Assembly: GCA_964270895.1 (NCBI GenBank)
Contig: OZ185437.1
DNA: 64,000 nt
Direction: 5' to 3' (one strand)
DNA from: Podarcis filfolensis
Taxonomy: Eukaryota
Shown here: piece by piece, positions 11,315 to 23,133 of the stretch
Position numbering within the stretch: position 1 is the stretch's first letter
Layout of the letters: each line of letters begins with the position of its first letter
Translations under genes and position numbers: made by a program
Notes under the pieces: model-generated
The model's database searches: none
Told to the model about the DNA's origin: nothing
Seen by the model: the letters and a program-made list of their open reading frames with translations, nothing else

Positions 11315-11589
11315 CTAAAGCAATTCAGATGAAGACATCAATATGAGCATTCGACAGGTGTGATGGGAGGGAGGGCCAGAAATGGTTTTGTACTACAGGA
11401 GATCTATTTGCTGTCCAAGAAAACCACAGCGCTACTACTACCATTTACTGGAATTTTAGCCTTAAAACTGTATACTATCTCTACATACACTCAGGTGCTG
11501 AGACTAAGATGTGTTTTTCACATGCCTCCATGCAGGGGAACTCAAGGAGGCCATTTACTGTTTTTTATTAATAAAAGAATAAGCATAAC

Positions 11590-11885
11590 CTGAGGATTAA
11601 GGCCTTGGTCATGGATGCCCTTTTCTCCCTCTTTCTCAGGAGATTCACTCAGGTCTTCTGTTGGCTCCTCTGCTTCTTCCTCCATATTTGCATCAGGATG
11701 CCCTGTGCTTTCCTCATCCTTTGTTTCTTCTTCCTCCATTTTATCTTCTCCTTCACCTTTCTCTTCAGAGGACTCTTTCTCAGCTTGCTCAGGATCCTGG
11801 CCATCCTCTCCTGTCTCTTCAGAATCCTTAATTTCTTTTTCGTCTACATCCATTGTCTTCTCCTCAATCTCAAAAGGATTTTCTC
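11590..11885 (-). CDS. MDN1: MDN1 exon w60 (D/E-rich)
   Basis: ENPFEIEEK...DQGLNPQ; TAG(GAG) tandem acceptor / GTTATG. Confidence 0.9.
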
Positions 11886-12894
11886 CTAATGCAACGCAAA
11901 AGACACACCTTTCAGAAGGAAGGCAGAATTCAGTTTTTTCTCTTACCAACTCCTGGGCAGGTAGGAACAGAGAGGAAGATTTACTAAGATTCCTAGATAA
12001 TCCTTAAAAATGAAAAGGTAAGGTACATTTAACTTGAAACTTTCCCTTGGTACAAGCATAGATTGTCAATATGTCAACGTACTGCAGTAATGGAAGTGCT
12101 GATATTATGTATTTCCAATGCCCAACTCTCTATATGGTATCAATCATGCAAACAATACACTACTTACTTGAAATAGGCGAAACATTTGTTATATACACAT
12201 ATCAACATTTGTGGTACTGAACACCCTAAAATATGAAGAACACATACAAACACAGAGAAAAATGGCAGATATGCCCCATGAAACCAGAATTAGCCCACTG
12301 CTCCTTGGTCTATGCCCCTGATGTGCATCTTACCACATTGTACAGTGTTTCAGTCCTGCAAATACAGGTGTGAGCTGGACCTAGGGGCCACTAAACAATA
12401 TCACGAGAATCTCTCTTTCAAACTGTGTGCCCCTAACTGGAATAGGAGAGGATCAGAAGATGACAGATACTTGAGACTGGAGAGCTACGGAAACCAACAC
12501 TGATATAAATGGCCCAGGCACCTCAGGAGGTGGGACAAAACTGGTAAGACTCTTCCTAACTTTCGAGGACAATCAGCCTACTCCAAACCTGTGTGGAAAA
12601 GGAAACAGCCTCCCTACTACATGGAACTGGCTGAATTCCTTCCTCAATGCAAACACAATCAGATGCAGCAATTAATTCACAAACTTCCAATGGTTATAAG
12701 CACGAATGATCAAAATTATGACATCAATCCTTATTTTCCCCAAACAACAGGGACGACCCTTGTCTGGAATCAGATTAAGGCTCTGTACCTCCACCCAGTC
12801 CCCAATTATAGCTAGACACTCAAGAGGCACCACAACTACATAATATTTTCTTTTCTTTATATCTGCTGATAAAGGAACACCTTGTGAGCCATAC

Positions 12895-13033
12895 CTCCTT
12901 CTTCTTCCTTGTCCTCGTCATCTTTCTCTCCGTTCTCTAGGTTCAGGTCCTGAGGAAGATCCAATGCCTCAGCTTCAGGCTGTTTCTCTTGATTTCCATG
13001 ATAAGGGTCTACCTCGTTCTCATCATATTCACG
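12895..13033 (-). CDS. MDN1: MDN1 exon w59 (D/E-rich)
   Basis: REYDENEVDPYHGNQEK...ALDLPQDLNL...KEEEG; CAG/GTATGG. Confidence 0.95.
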
Positions 13034-13209
13034 CTGTTAAACAGAAAGAAGTGACACATCATACAAGGAATGGAGGCAGGAAGTTGGGGGGGAGGGCAGG
13101 GGGGGAACCTGTTGAGAGACATAGTAAAGTAACTCTTGATGTTATCTTTAGATGAAGCCCCAACAGAAAGGATGCCAAACTTCATTAAAGAGGCCTAGTT
13201 TCCTAGAAT

Positions 13210-13370
13210 AATATTATTTATTTATACCCCACCCTCCCCAGCCAAAACCAGGCTCAGAGTGGCTAACATCAAATGTTAACATTAACATAAAATCAGGCAA
13301 TCAATTAAAATACATCCTAAAATCAGATCAGGATCAGAATAAAATCCAATCAGGTGGTAACCCGCAGATT
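13210..13370 (-). mobile_element. LINE 3' end fragment (L2-like tail)
   Basis: atttatttataccccaccctcccc...ggctcagagtggctaaca resembles the adjacent L2 3' terminus. Confidence 0.45.
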
Positions 13371-13386
13371 AGGTTTAGGCACCAGT

Positions 13387-13766
13387 TAATTAATTAATTA
13401 ATAATTAATAAGAATTTATTATTTATACCCCACCCATCTAGCTGGGTTTCCCCAGCCACTCTGAGCGGCTTCCAACAAAAGATTAAAAATACATTAAAAC
13501 ATCAGTCATTAAAAACTTCCCTAAACAGAGTTCCCTTCTAAATATCAGATAGTAGTTGTTGTTTTTTTACATCTGATGGGAGGGTGTTCTGCAGGGTGGG
13601 CGCCACTACTGAGAAGGCCCTCTGCCTGGTTCCCTGTAACTTCGCTTCTTGCAGTGAGGGAACCGCCAGAAGGCCCTCGGCACTGGACCTCAGTGTCTGG
13701 GTTGAACAATGGGGGTGGAGACACTCCTTCAGGTATACTGGGCCGAGGCCATTTAGGGCTTTAAAA
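13387..13766 (-). mobile_element. L2 LINE 3' fragment
   Basis: Reverse complement of the 3' part of the 20986-21855 element (FKALNGLGPVYLKE...RAFSVVAPTL). Confidence 0.88.
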
Positions 13767-13938
13767 GAATGAAAGCCACAAAGACAATGGGACCACAAAC
13801 TATTTAAGAAGGAGCAGGTGTTATTCTTGGAAATAGCAATACATAAAAACCCTTTGGAAACGCATGTTGCTCAAGTTCAGTTAAAATAAACGGTAGTTAT
13901 ATAAACGTAGCTTTCTGCAGCAAACTTGCTCTCATTAC

Positions 13939-14079
13939 CTCATCTATTTGCTCATGGACTTTCTCTTTGGGTTCACCACCATCTGGTTGATTCTCTTCTT
14001 CTTCGTCTTTGGGAGATTTCTTATCATTTTTGTTGTCAACGTCCGTGTTGTCATCTTTTGCCACAAGTTCTGAATCGCC
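13939..14079 (-). CDS. MDN1: MDN1 exon w58 (D/E-rich)
   Basis: GDSELVAKDDN...KVHEQIDE; TAG/GTAATG. Confidence 0.94.
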
Positions 14080-14443
14080 CTAAGTCGTTCAAGGAAAACA
14101 GCCATGGAACCATTTCATTGTACATCCTGCTACCATTGGTGTATATACAATTCTGTTGGGTCTGTTACAGTCAAGCCACAGGGAACATCCAACACGTTTT
14201 GAGACAAATGGCTACTTTATCAAAACACTCTACTTATTATACTAAAGGCGGCGGCACCCTAACAGCTTTTTGTGTGTGTAAGCCCAGGGCATTTCCCACA
14301 GCAAACGTGCAAAGGGTGGATGATAAACACATGACTGTGTACATTTGCCTGGAAGCTTAATCATAGCAGGGTTCTCAGACAGGTGCACGCAGCTGTTTAA
14401 ATTACCTGCATAACGTGTATAACCTTGTGCGTTTTCTCTAAGT

Positions 14444-14582
14444 CAGGGATAGTCAATGTGGGGCCCTCCAGATATAGCTGGGCTGCAACTTCCATCATTC
14501 CTGACCATTGGCTACATTGGTTGGGGCTGATGGGAGTTCCGAGTCCAATGACATCTGAAGGGCAACATCCTAGCTACCAGTC
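14444..14582. mobile_element. Palindromic MITE, same type as 5334
   Basis: ctgcaacttccatcat...tgatgggagtt inverted core. Confidence 0.55.
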
Positions 14583-15118
14583 TACTTGAGGAAACATGGT
14601 TGCACATTTTGGATCCCAAAATATATTAGACAACAGTTGTTTTACAGGAATTGTGTATTATGAAGATTGAGTAGGCGTTTTATCTGTTCCTTGTCACTCT
14701 ATGGATGGATATCCGATTAAAAACCAACAACCCCTAAGGTCGCTATTTCCTTTCATAAGAAAGCAGATGCCTAAAACTAGGGATGCAACATAAAAGGCTC
14801 TGGATTTGGTAGCCCCTGTTGATATTTACAGCTTGAGGAGTGGACGATTTTGAAGCACTGCCTCCTCAGCCACTCTCTGTGGGTGGCAAGTTCCATATGG
14901 AGAGAGGCATCTTCAAAAAAAGGTAGACAGCAGGCTAGTTTACTCCTTGCTGATTTTATGAAATCCAAGCAAGGCTTCTCAATAATCCCATTCTAAAAAG
15001 GGAGTCTCACAAAAAATTGAGACACTAATCTTTGTATTGTATTTCATATACTGTACCATGCAATTAAAAAGTTGTACAATACTTCCTCCTTGGAGCACAC
15101 TTTTATTTATGTTTTCAC

Positions 15119-15291
15119 CTCATCCATTCCTGGTCCTGTTTCTGTTATATTATCATCCTCATTATCACTCTCATCATCTTCCTCATCATCGTTGTCATCT
15201 CCCCAAAGCCTCTCATCCAATTTGTCAGCTTCAGCATCTCCGAGATTTCCCATCTGTTTGTCTAACTCTTCGTCAGATTTGTCGTCTTCTT
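15119..15291 (-). CDS. MDN1: MDN1 exon w57 (D/E-rich)
   Basis: EDDKSDEELDKQMG...DKLDERLWGDD...ETGPGMDE; CAG/GTGAAA. Confidence 0.93.
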
Positions 15292-16369
15292 CTGTATAAG
15301 GCAACACAGCTCGTTTTGCATCATCCTCTTTATAAGGTACTAGAACTCAGTGCATAAGGGACACACGGCCTTTCACAAACTTTCAAGATGAACACCACAA
15401 GCATGGTGACATCACAGGTTAGCAATGCACACGTTCTGCTGGCAGGGACTGGACTAGGGTGACAGCCTAAAACCATTCAGCCACTCTGCATCAAACAGAG
15501 GACACCTACATGAGTACAGTAAGCCTGCAACTTACGTGGATTTAACTTGCTCACATTCAGCTTCATTCACCTGGCAATAATTATTATTTTTAAGTAAAAA
15601 GTGGGCGGAAAGGGGTGGGTATCCAGGAAAAGAGACTCTGGCAATCCCACCCGCCATTGAACCCAATGCGTTTTGACTATATGTGATTTTGGGTTTAGAT
15701 GCAATCCCCAGAATGTAACCCCTGCGTAAGTTGAGGGCTTACTGTACAAGAAGTGTCTCTCCTGAAATTGTTTCAACACATTTGGCGAAACAAGGGAAAA
15801 GTTTATAAGAAATAAGAATTATGAACATTTGAACAGAATGTATATTCATGTATTTTCTTATTCAGATTTCTCCAAGGGTCTGTCACAGTTTGAAATTAAC
15901 AGTAATGTCATGAAAAGTTTTTGGTAAGATTCCCCCATTGCTCGCTCAATTGTTCTATCCCACTTAGAATAACACACTACACACAGATATGATATAGCTG
16001 GACTTCTGCTGCATTTAGAAATGTTACAATTAAGGGTTTTCCTAAATTAAAAGTTATAGATGCTTCCCGCTCCAATTATAGTCATTAATCAGGAAGAGCT
16101 CCTAACCACACAAGCCACACAAGGATTAATTTAATGAGAGAGCAGCAGCATTACCATTTTCACAAATACTGAACTCTGCCAGATTTTGCCACAGAAGGAC
16201 ATCAAGCTGTTGGAATCACACTTAACGTTAATTCTGAGCAAGTACTTCCATTGCATGTCAATGTTTGCACAAAAAGCCTGCAAAGAAAATGTTTAGCGTT
16301 CCCACCTGTATTGGCATATAACAGGACAGACAAGCGAAACCTACAATTGTCAAAGTACAAGCCACATAC

Positions 16370-16511
16370 CTTGGTTTTCTTGCTCCCCGTCATAGGTTTT
16401 GCCTTCAAAATCATCTGACATTTCAATTGCATTGTCCTCTCCTTCAATACCTGGTTTGGATTCTGGGTCTTCATCCTCCTTTTCTTGACCCTTCTGGTAA
16501 GTATCTTCTAC
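16370..16511 (-). CDS. MDN1: MDN1 exon w56 (D/E-rich)
   Basis: VEDTYQKGQEK...DNAIEMSDDFEGK...EQENQ; CAG/GTATGT. Confidence 0.95.
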
Positions 16512-17214
16512 CTGGGATATTTAACCAAAGATTATTCCAGCTTTTAATGAAGCATTAGTTTCATCCCCACCATTATCTCAGCAACACAGTTTTATTACTG
16601 AATAAAATCTAACTGCTCAACCCCAGCAGGAGGACAGAACTGCTTTAAGAATCCAAGGCATTTTTCTTCTTCTTTAGGAGTAAGCAGCAGATGGCGGCGG
16701 GGGGGGGGGGAGAGACAATGAAAGTTACTATGAAACCTATTAAAGTATATGAAAATAACAGCAGAGTCCAACCCCCAAGGTCCGTTGGGATGAGAAATTC
16801 TGAATTCGAAGGAACTTGGGGCTTTCTTAGCTAACTTTCAGCTAATCTGTAACGATGTCAGTACAATTCCCTAACCCCTACTCAGCCAGACAATCTTAAA
16901 CCAGCCTAAGTCCTGAAAAGGGGCATTCCAGGGGAGTGGTGGGACAGGACAAGGAGACTTATAGCTATTCCAAAGTCTGTTCAGCTAGGTCATGTGACCT
17001 AGGGCCTAATCCTCAAAACTCAAGCCCATAATTGCCTGCCAACACAGCCAACAGTAGCCGCTCCCAGCCACTCCTGAACAGAGTGTGGAATGGGTTAACT
17101 TGCACTGGTGAAATTTACATTGGCTTCCTATCGTTAAGAACGTGCTTTAACTTATTTATGAACATATTCATGGCTTCTCTGGAGCGACTGCCTCAAATCC
17201 CACTTGGCACGTAC

Positions 17215-17352
17215 CTGATCTTCGCTTTCTATCTTGTCACTCACATCCTTTTTGCCTTCCCCTTCTCCAATGCCACCTCCTTCGTAATCATGGAATTCTG
17301 TTCCTCCTTCTCCTCCTGCATCTTCCATTAGCTCTTTTGGTAAACAAAATCC
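17215..17352 (-). CDS. MDN1: MDN1 exon w55 (start of D/E-rich region)
   Basis: GFCLPKELMED...HDYEGGGIGEGEGKKDVSDKIESEDQ; TAG/GTACGT. Confidence 0.96.
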
Positions 17353-17353
17353 C

Positions 17354-17354
<1 letters not shown>

Positions 17355-17395
<41 letters not shown>

Positions 17396-17414
17396 GAAGA
17401 AGAAGAAGAAGAAG
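17355..17414. repeat. Compound microsatellite (AAT)13(AAG)7 abutting exon w55 acceptor
   Basis: Direct reading. Confidence 0.95.
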
Positions 17415-17487
17415 TTGAAACATTTTGGACAGATTTTAGCACTCATCAAAACAATTAAGCTTCCAAAGGACAGATTATACACAGACT

Positions 17488-17501
17488 TCTATCTATCTAT
17501 C

Positions 17502-17550
<49 letters not shown>
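17488..17550. repeat. (TCTA)n tetranucleotide microsatellite
   Basis: Direct reading; one interruption. Confidence 0.95.
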
Positions 17551-17725
17551 CATGCACACAAATAAAGTACTATGGAGCCAAAGATAAAGAGCTCATTCAA
17601 CACACTGACGAACATCTTGCTTCTGCTGTGGCTTTCTTTAAACAAGCTTTATTCACAACTCCAGATATCTCAGAATTCTATCCCCTTTCCCAAATCCACT
17701 GAGAGGGTAAACTAGAATTTCTTAC

Positions 17726-17887
17726 CTTCCGGGCCAGTTCTGTAAATATGTTAGCTAGAACAGAGAGCAATTTCCCAGTGCTCCTATGTGTAGCCAAGGT
17801 AACAGTAAGGTAGAAAAGGATGATATTGGAATATTTGTAAAGTATTGGCATTAGACGCACCAGTAAGTGGCAGGATTGATTGAAAAG
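17726..17887 (-). CDS. MDN1: MDN1 exon w54 (linker end)
   Basis: LFNQSCHLLVRL...LATHRSTGKLLSVLANIFTELARK; CAG/GTAAGA. Confidence 0.95.
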
Positions 17888-18093
17888 CTGTGGACACAAA
17901 ATAAATCCAATGTTCATTAAAAATATAGGGGCTTCCCCGCCCCCAAGACAAAACGAGAAGTTTCTAAGTGACCTTACAATTTCCCTCTGTTATTTTGCCT
18001 TTTACAGAAAGTCTAGAAATTCACGTTCAAAGCCTCCTCCAGCTGGACCAAGCCTCAATGAATAGCAAGGACATTTTGACAGATGAATTTTAC

Positions 18094-18266
18094 CTTGCAC
18101 TTGTATTCAGTGTAATCCTCGCCATAGGATTTTAGTCGCTCCAGGAGTTCTGAAATAACCGAAATGATTTTCTGCACGTGCAGAGAATTCACATCTGCAC
18201 AGATGTCTTCATCCAAGAGTTTAGTTAAATGCCCTGCCTTGAGCCTGCCAACCAAGGATTCTTCCC
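18094..18266 (-). CDS. MDN1: MDN1 exon w53 (linker)
   Basis: EESLVGRLKAGHLTKLL...LHVQKIIS...LKSYGEDYTEYKCK; AAG/GTAAAA. Confidence 0.92.
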
Positions 18267-18720
18267 CTTGAGTAAGAAAAGGGAAAAGGGAAAAGACTGA
18301 AGACTCAATTCATCCTTAATCAGAAAAGGTTTGGGTAAACATTTTTACCCAATGAAAATGTTGCCTTTGTATAGTAGGCTAGTTTCTACACACACTTCCA
18401 TCTTTCATCCAGGCAACAAAAAGGCCTTATCAGAGTTCAAGGACATATTCAAGCCAGGCAAAAAAATTCAAGGAAAGTATGAAGCAGGGCTGGTGAGGGC
18501 CTGGGGAGAGGGTGTGTGGCTGGGAAGGGGTTGTGGTGTGGGCTAAACAGAGAGGCCTGGAGGTGCACATTTGATCCCCATGCCTAAGGTTCCCCACTCC
18601 TGCCCTAGAGCACCACGGCATGTTGCAGGATCCAGGAGGAACCAGATGCCCAAGAGAACTGTACTGATTGCCCTTCACAGACAAGGGGCCTTGGCACTAT
18701 TGCCAGTTCTCTCCACCCTC

Positions 18721-18888
18721 CAGTGTGGTGTAGTGGCTAGAGTTACTGGGTGACCATGGGTTTGCCACAGTCTTTTAGCCTAACTTACCTCACAAGGCTG
18801 ATGTGAGGATAATAACGAGAAGGAGGAGAACCATGTGTGCCACCTTGAGCTCCATGGAGCAAAGGTGGGATATAAATGCAATAAATAA
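18721..18888 (+). mobile_element. CORE-type SINE fragment
   Basis: gtgtggtgtagtggctagag head, cagcctaacttacctcacaagg core, gggatataaatgcaataaataa tail; similar to 26251. Confidence 0.55.
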
Positions 18889-19091
18889 CAGATTAATAAA
18901 ATCTATCAGAGCATTCAAGAATCCTCTGAATTCCACAAGCCTCTTGGGTGTGTGGGTATGGGTGCATTCAGGAGGAGGCGGCTATAGCAAGTCCAAATTT
19001 CACAATTTCACCGTGGCAATCATATTTAGAACATCCACCTCTGCCCCTGAAACAAAGACCTAATTTGCCAGGATATATGTTGTGTTTAGTT

Positions 19092-19096
19092 ACACA

Positions 19097-19156
<60 letters not shown>
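19092..19156. repeat. (AC)n(AG)n compound microsatellite
   Basis: Direct reading. Confidence 0.95.
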
Positions 19157-19160
<4 letters not shown>

Positions 19161-19212
19161 TTCTGAAAGTATAAAGAGTGCTTCAGAGAAAAGGACAAAA
19201 GTTAAGACTCAC

Positions 19213-19353
19213 CATCCTCCTTCTGTGAGGTGTCGTCTTCTTTTACCTTTTTCCTTTCTACCAAACACTGAATTGCACCCAGGATAGCTTGGATTGCAAG
19301 CTCTACTTGTTCTGAGTAGAGTTCGACAAATCCATCATCTGACTTTTGGTTCC
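19213..19353 (-). CDS. MDN1: MDN1 exon w52 (linker)
   Basis: NQKSDDGFVELYSEQVELAIQAILGAIQ...SQKED; AAG/GTGAGT. Confidence 0.93.
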
Positions 19354-20367
19354 CTTTGGAAATACAGTAGAAATGTTAGTGGGGAAAACATCCGATTTCG
19401 AAAGCAGCAACCACTTCGAGGGTTTTGTTTTGTTTTTGCAATCAAGTGGTGCATAATAAATTTTATGGAATAAACAAATGATACGACACAAACAAATTGC
19501 AGTTCTAAGCCACAATAACAAATGAAACTTTAACAAGAAAGATATAATGCTCAAAAACCTGAAATAAGACTAACTATTAAGATTTGATATGATGGTTGGG
19601 CTTTATAAAACTAGTGTCTCCCCATTGTTAAAACCTGGAGAATTCCCAGTTCCCCGCCTAATTTAAAATTTGATATACTCCATTACTCCAAGAGGTATAT
19701 ATGCTTTGCCGCAGTTATCTCACAGAACAAAAGTCTGACATCTGCCTTGCAAGTGGAAGATAGTGCAAATAATATTGCCTCTTAGCCTCTCACCAGCCCT
19801 TGGCCCAGAAATGAGACTGAATTTTCAGGCAGTGCTGCTGCTAGGATTTTCCCCAAGTCAAGTCAGGTCAAATCAATGAATCCTTAATCCCCTTGCAATG
19901 TTGCCACTGCTATACTTATTCCAGCTCATTTCATAATGCATTAACAAGACTCGGCTAAAGACATGCAGTGGCATGAAAACAAATGTCCAACTTTTAATGA
20001 GAAAACAAGCTTTGTAGCATCAGATACTAGGAACAGAGGTCCCAGGAAGTATCCAACAACAACTAGCAAGAAATAAACAAAACGCCAACTCCCACCAAAG
20101 TACAGCCGCTAGGATTTTGACATGCTACATTAAACAAAACGTTGAACATTATTGTGAATGCTTCAATACTCTCTGCACACTTACATAGGACTGCCTCTTT
20201 GAACTCTGCAAGATTTGGTTCTCAGTAAGCATGCTTAGGATCCTAACAAAATCATGATCTAATTTTACTGCCCTTAGTCACAGATGCAAATATCCAAAGG
20301 AGATAACAGAATAATACTTAAATCAACTGCTTTATTGGTTGAAAGATTAAAAGGAACATGTCTTTAC

Positions 20368-20597
20368 CATTACAGTGTGAAATTGAACTGAAGAGCTGTG
20401 TCTTCCAAATGGCAAAGTCATCCACACTTCTATTAATTTCTCCTTGGATGTACACAAGACTTCTGATTAACGCCATCCGTGTTGAAACTTGATTGGCTTC
20501 CATCTCAGGTAGGACAAAGAAAGACTCTATATCTTGCAGTTGGGTTGAAACCTTCAGCAAACATTCTATTCCTGAAGAGCACACTTCAAAGCTTTTC
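20368..20597 (-). CDS. MDN1: MDN1 exon w51 (linker)
   Basis: KSFEVCSSG...WKTQLFSSISHCN; CAG/GTAAAG. Confidence 0.94.
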
Positions 20598-20985
20598 CTG
20601 TAAGACAAAAGCAATCACAGCTCACTTTAACGAGCCATGTTTTAGCCTGCACATTTGCTTTTGAGAAAGAGTGGGTCTGGGGTTAACACAAAACATCGCT
20701 TCTATTGGACTTACTGGTAATCAGAAAAACAAGCTAAGACTCAATTGTGATACTAAAAACATAACATCTATGGTTTTACCAGAAGGTTTGGAAGTTGTCT
20801 TACATGAATGGAAAAGGAAATTCAGCTTGCATAAGGTAGTCCTGCAGATTTCCTTCAGTTTCTTTAGCCTGTACCTCCACCCTTAAAAAATGTTCTATGA
20901 TACAAAGAGGCACTACACTGTTTAAACCACGCACTTTACTGGAAGTTGCAGATTTGTTATTTTTTTGATTCTGTACAAGTCTTAC

Positions 20986-21855
20986 GCAAGTTGGAGGATG
21001 GATGGCGGCTAACAGATTGAGGTTGAATCCTGACAAGACAGAAGTACTGTTTTTGGGGAAAGGAGGCGGGCAGGTGTGGAGGACTCACTGGTCCTGAATG
21101 GGGTAACTGTGCCCCTGAAGGACCAGGTGCGCAGCTGGGAGTTATTTTGGACTCACGGCTGTCCATGGAGGCACAGGTCAATTCAGTGTCCAGGGCAGCT
21201 GTTTACCAGCTCCATCTCGTACGCAGGCTGAGACCCTATCTGCCCACTGTCTCATCAGAGTGGTGCATGCTCTAGTTATCTCTCGCTTGGACTACTGCAA
21301 TGTGCTCTATGTGGGGTTACCTTTGAAGGTGACCTGGAAATTACAACTAATCCAGAATGCGGCAGCCAGACTGGTGACTGGGAGAGGCTGCCGAGACCAC
21401 ATAACACTTGTCTTGAAAGACCTACATTGGCTCCCAGTATGTTTCCGAGCACAATTCAAAGTGTTGGTGCTGATCTTTAAAGCCCTAAATGGCCTCGGTC
21501 CAGTATATCTGAAGGAGCGTCTCCACCCCCATCGTTCTGCCTGGACACTGAGGTCCAGCGCCGAGGGCCTTCTGGCAGTTTCCTCACTGCGAGAAGCGAA
21601 GTTACAGGGAACCAGGCAGAGGGCCTTCTCGGTAGTGGCACCCACCCTGTGGAACGCCCTCCCACCTGATGTCAAAGAGAAAAACAACTACCAGACTTTT
21701 AGAAGACATCTGAAGGCAGCCCTGTTTAGGGAAGCTTTTAATGTTTAATAGACTATTGTATTTTAATATTTTGTTGGAAGCTGCCCAGAGTGGCTGGGGA
21801 AACCCAGCCAGATGGGCAGGGTATAAATAATAAATTATTATTATTGTATTATTAT
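20986..21855 (+). mobile_element. 5'-truncated L2 LINE (ORF2 C-terminus + 3' UTR + ATT tail)
   Basis: WMAANRLRLNPDKTEVL and HALVISRLDYCN..LQLIQNAAARL..LHWLPV..RAFSVVAPTLWNALP typical of L2-clade ORF2; candidate TSD AAGTCTTAC/AAGTGTTAC. Confidence 0.9.
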
Positions 21856-21924
21856 AAGTGTTACTTATTGAGCATTTCAGTTAATTCAAATTATATTAAA
21901 ATACAAATGTAAAAGAAAAGGAGG

Positions 21925-22022
21925 TTATTGGATTGTTGCTTTTATTTTGATTATGTATTTTGTGGTTTTATATTTTGATTTTATTCTGTGAACCACCCTG
22001 AAACCTCTGGGCATATAAATTC
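21925..22022 (+). mobile_element. Retroelement 3' end fragment
   Basis: tattttgattttattctgtgaaccaccctgaaacctctggg..tataaatt; similar tails near 8040 and 24130. Confidence 0.45.
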
Positions 22023-22063
22023 TAATAATGATGATGATGATGATGATAGTAGTAGTAGTAGTA

Positions 22064-22108
<45 letters not shown>
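22023..22108. repeat. Compound (GAT)n(AGT)n(AAT)n microsatellite
   Basis: Direct reading. Confidence 0.95.
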
Positions 22109-22677
22109 GGATAACCACTGGAACAAATATAGAAATAAGACATAAGCATTAAGATAGTAGGTGAGAAGAGTCCCTAACTGGCCTAACAGTTGTCTGGGTT
22201 TCCAAGAATTATTTAGTCCAATGAAGTTTATTATTTGTTTAGGAATACCAGTTTACAGACACACACGTCTCTGCAAATTACTAGAATTTCTCAACTCACA
22301 GTGGCCTAGTTCATATGTAATGCTGAAGCACAGTTAATGCTTTTGATTATGTCCTCTGAAATGCAAATATCACCCAGTCAAGGAGTGCTAAGCTTCCTCT
22401 GTGCACTTCCTCCAAAAGTGCAGGCATAACTCTCCCCCAAGGCACTTAAGCTTAGATACAGCATATGTCTTGATATTCGGCAGTGTAGAGGACTGTTTTG
22501 TGCCTCCATGGCTGGGCCACCAACTTCAGCAGCGCCAATCATTTATTTGGGATATAATGGGGGCTGACTGCAGGCCCCATTTTGAACAATGCAGTCAATA
22601 AAGTCACAGTCTTACAGATTAGGGTGCATGAAGGCTGCAGGAGTGAAACTGTTTTCTCCCCGTAGTACTTTACTTAC

Positions 22678-23133
22678 CAGGAATGGAAGAGTGTCTCACA
22701 AGACAGTTGTCTGATTCTGTCCACATCCGATTTTACTGCCTTAACCTCCAGCAGCATCTCTTTCACGTCTGAAATCAGCTTCTGAAACAACGGGTCGTGC
22801 TTTCGCATCTTGCATCCAGCAGGCAGCTGATCTGCAGCTATGGGAGTGGAATATTGTAGCTCTGGGGGGTTAAAACCAGGCATGGACTTCAGAACACAAG
22901 GGGAATTCAGTTCAGTTGCTTCAGTCTCTGCCCTGGAAGCATTCAAGGACTGGCCTTTTGGACAGCACTCCATAAACCAGGACAGCTGCTCCAGGACCAC
23001 CACACACTGCATTGAAAGGTATTGCAGTCTATCGGTCCACTGTTGAACACCGTCTTGAGGAGGAAACGCCACTTCATATTCACAAGCAGGGTTTAACCGG
23101 GCATCAATCTCCTGCACACAGCTCAGAAGGTTC
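22678..23133 (-). CDS. MDN1: MDN1 exon w50 (linker)
   Basis: NLLSCVQEID...VAFPPQDGVQQW...SCETLFHS; CAG/GTAAGT. Confidence 0.96.

Noticed and set aside
11605-12007. Plus-strand 94-aa and 130-aa ORFs, and similar ones at 15037-15357 and 35497-35880
   Set aside because: Antisense shadows of GA-rich acidic MDN1 exons (Ser/Phe/Leu-rich, stop-poor).
21260-21748. 162-aa ORF as a nested host gene
   Set aside because: It is the C-terminus of L2 ORF2 inside a truncated LINE.
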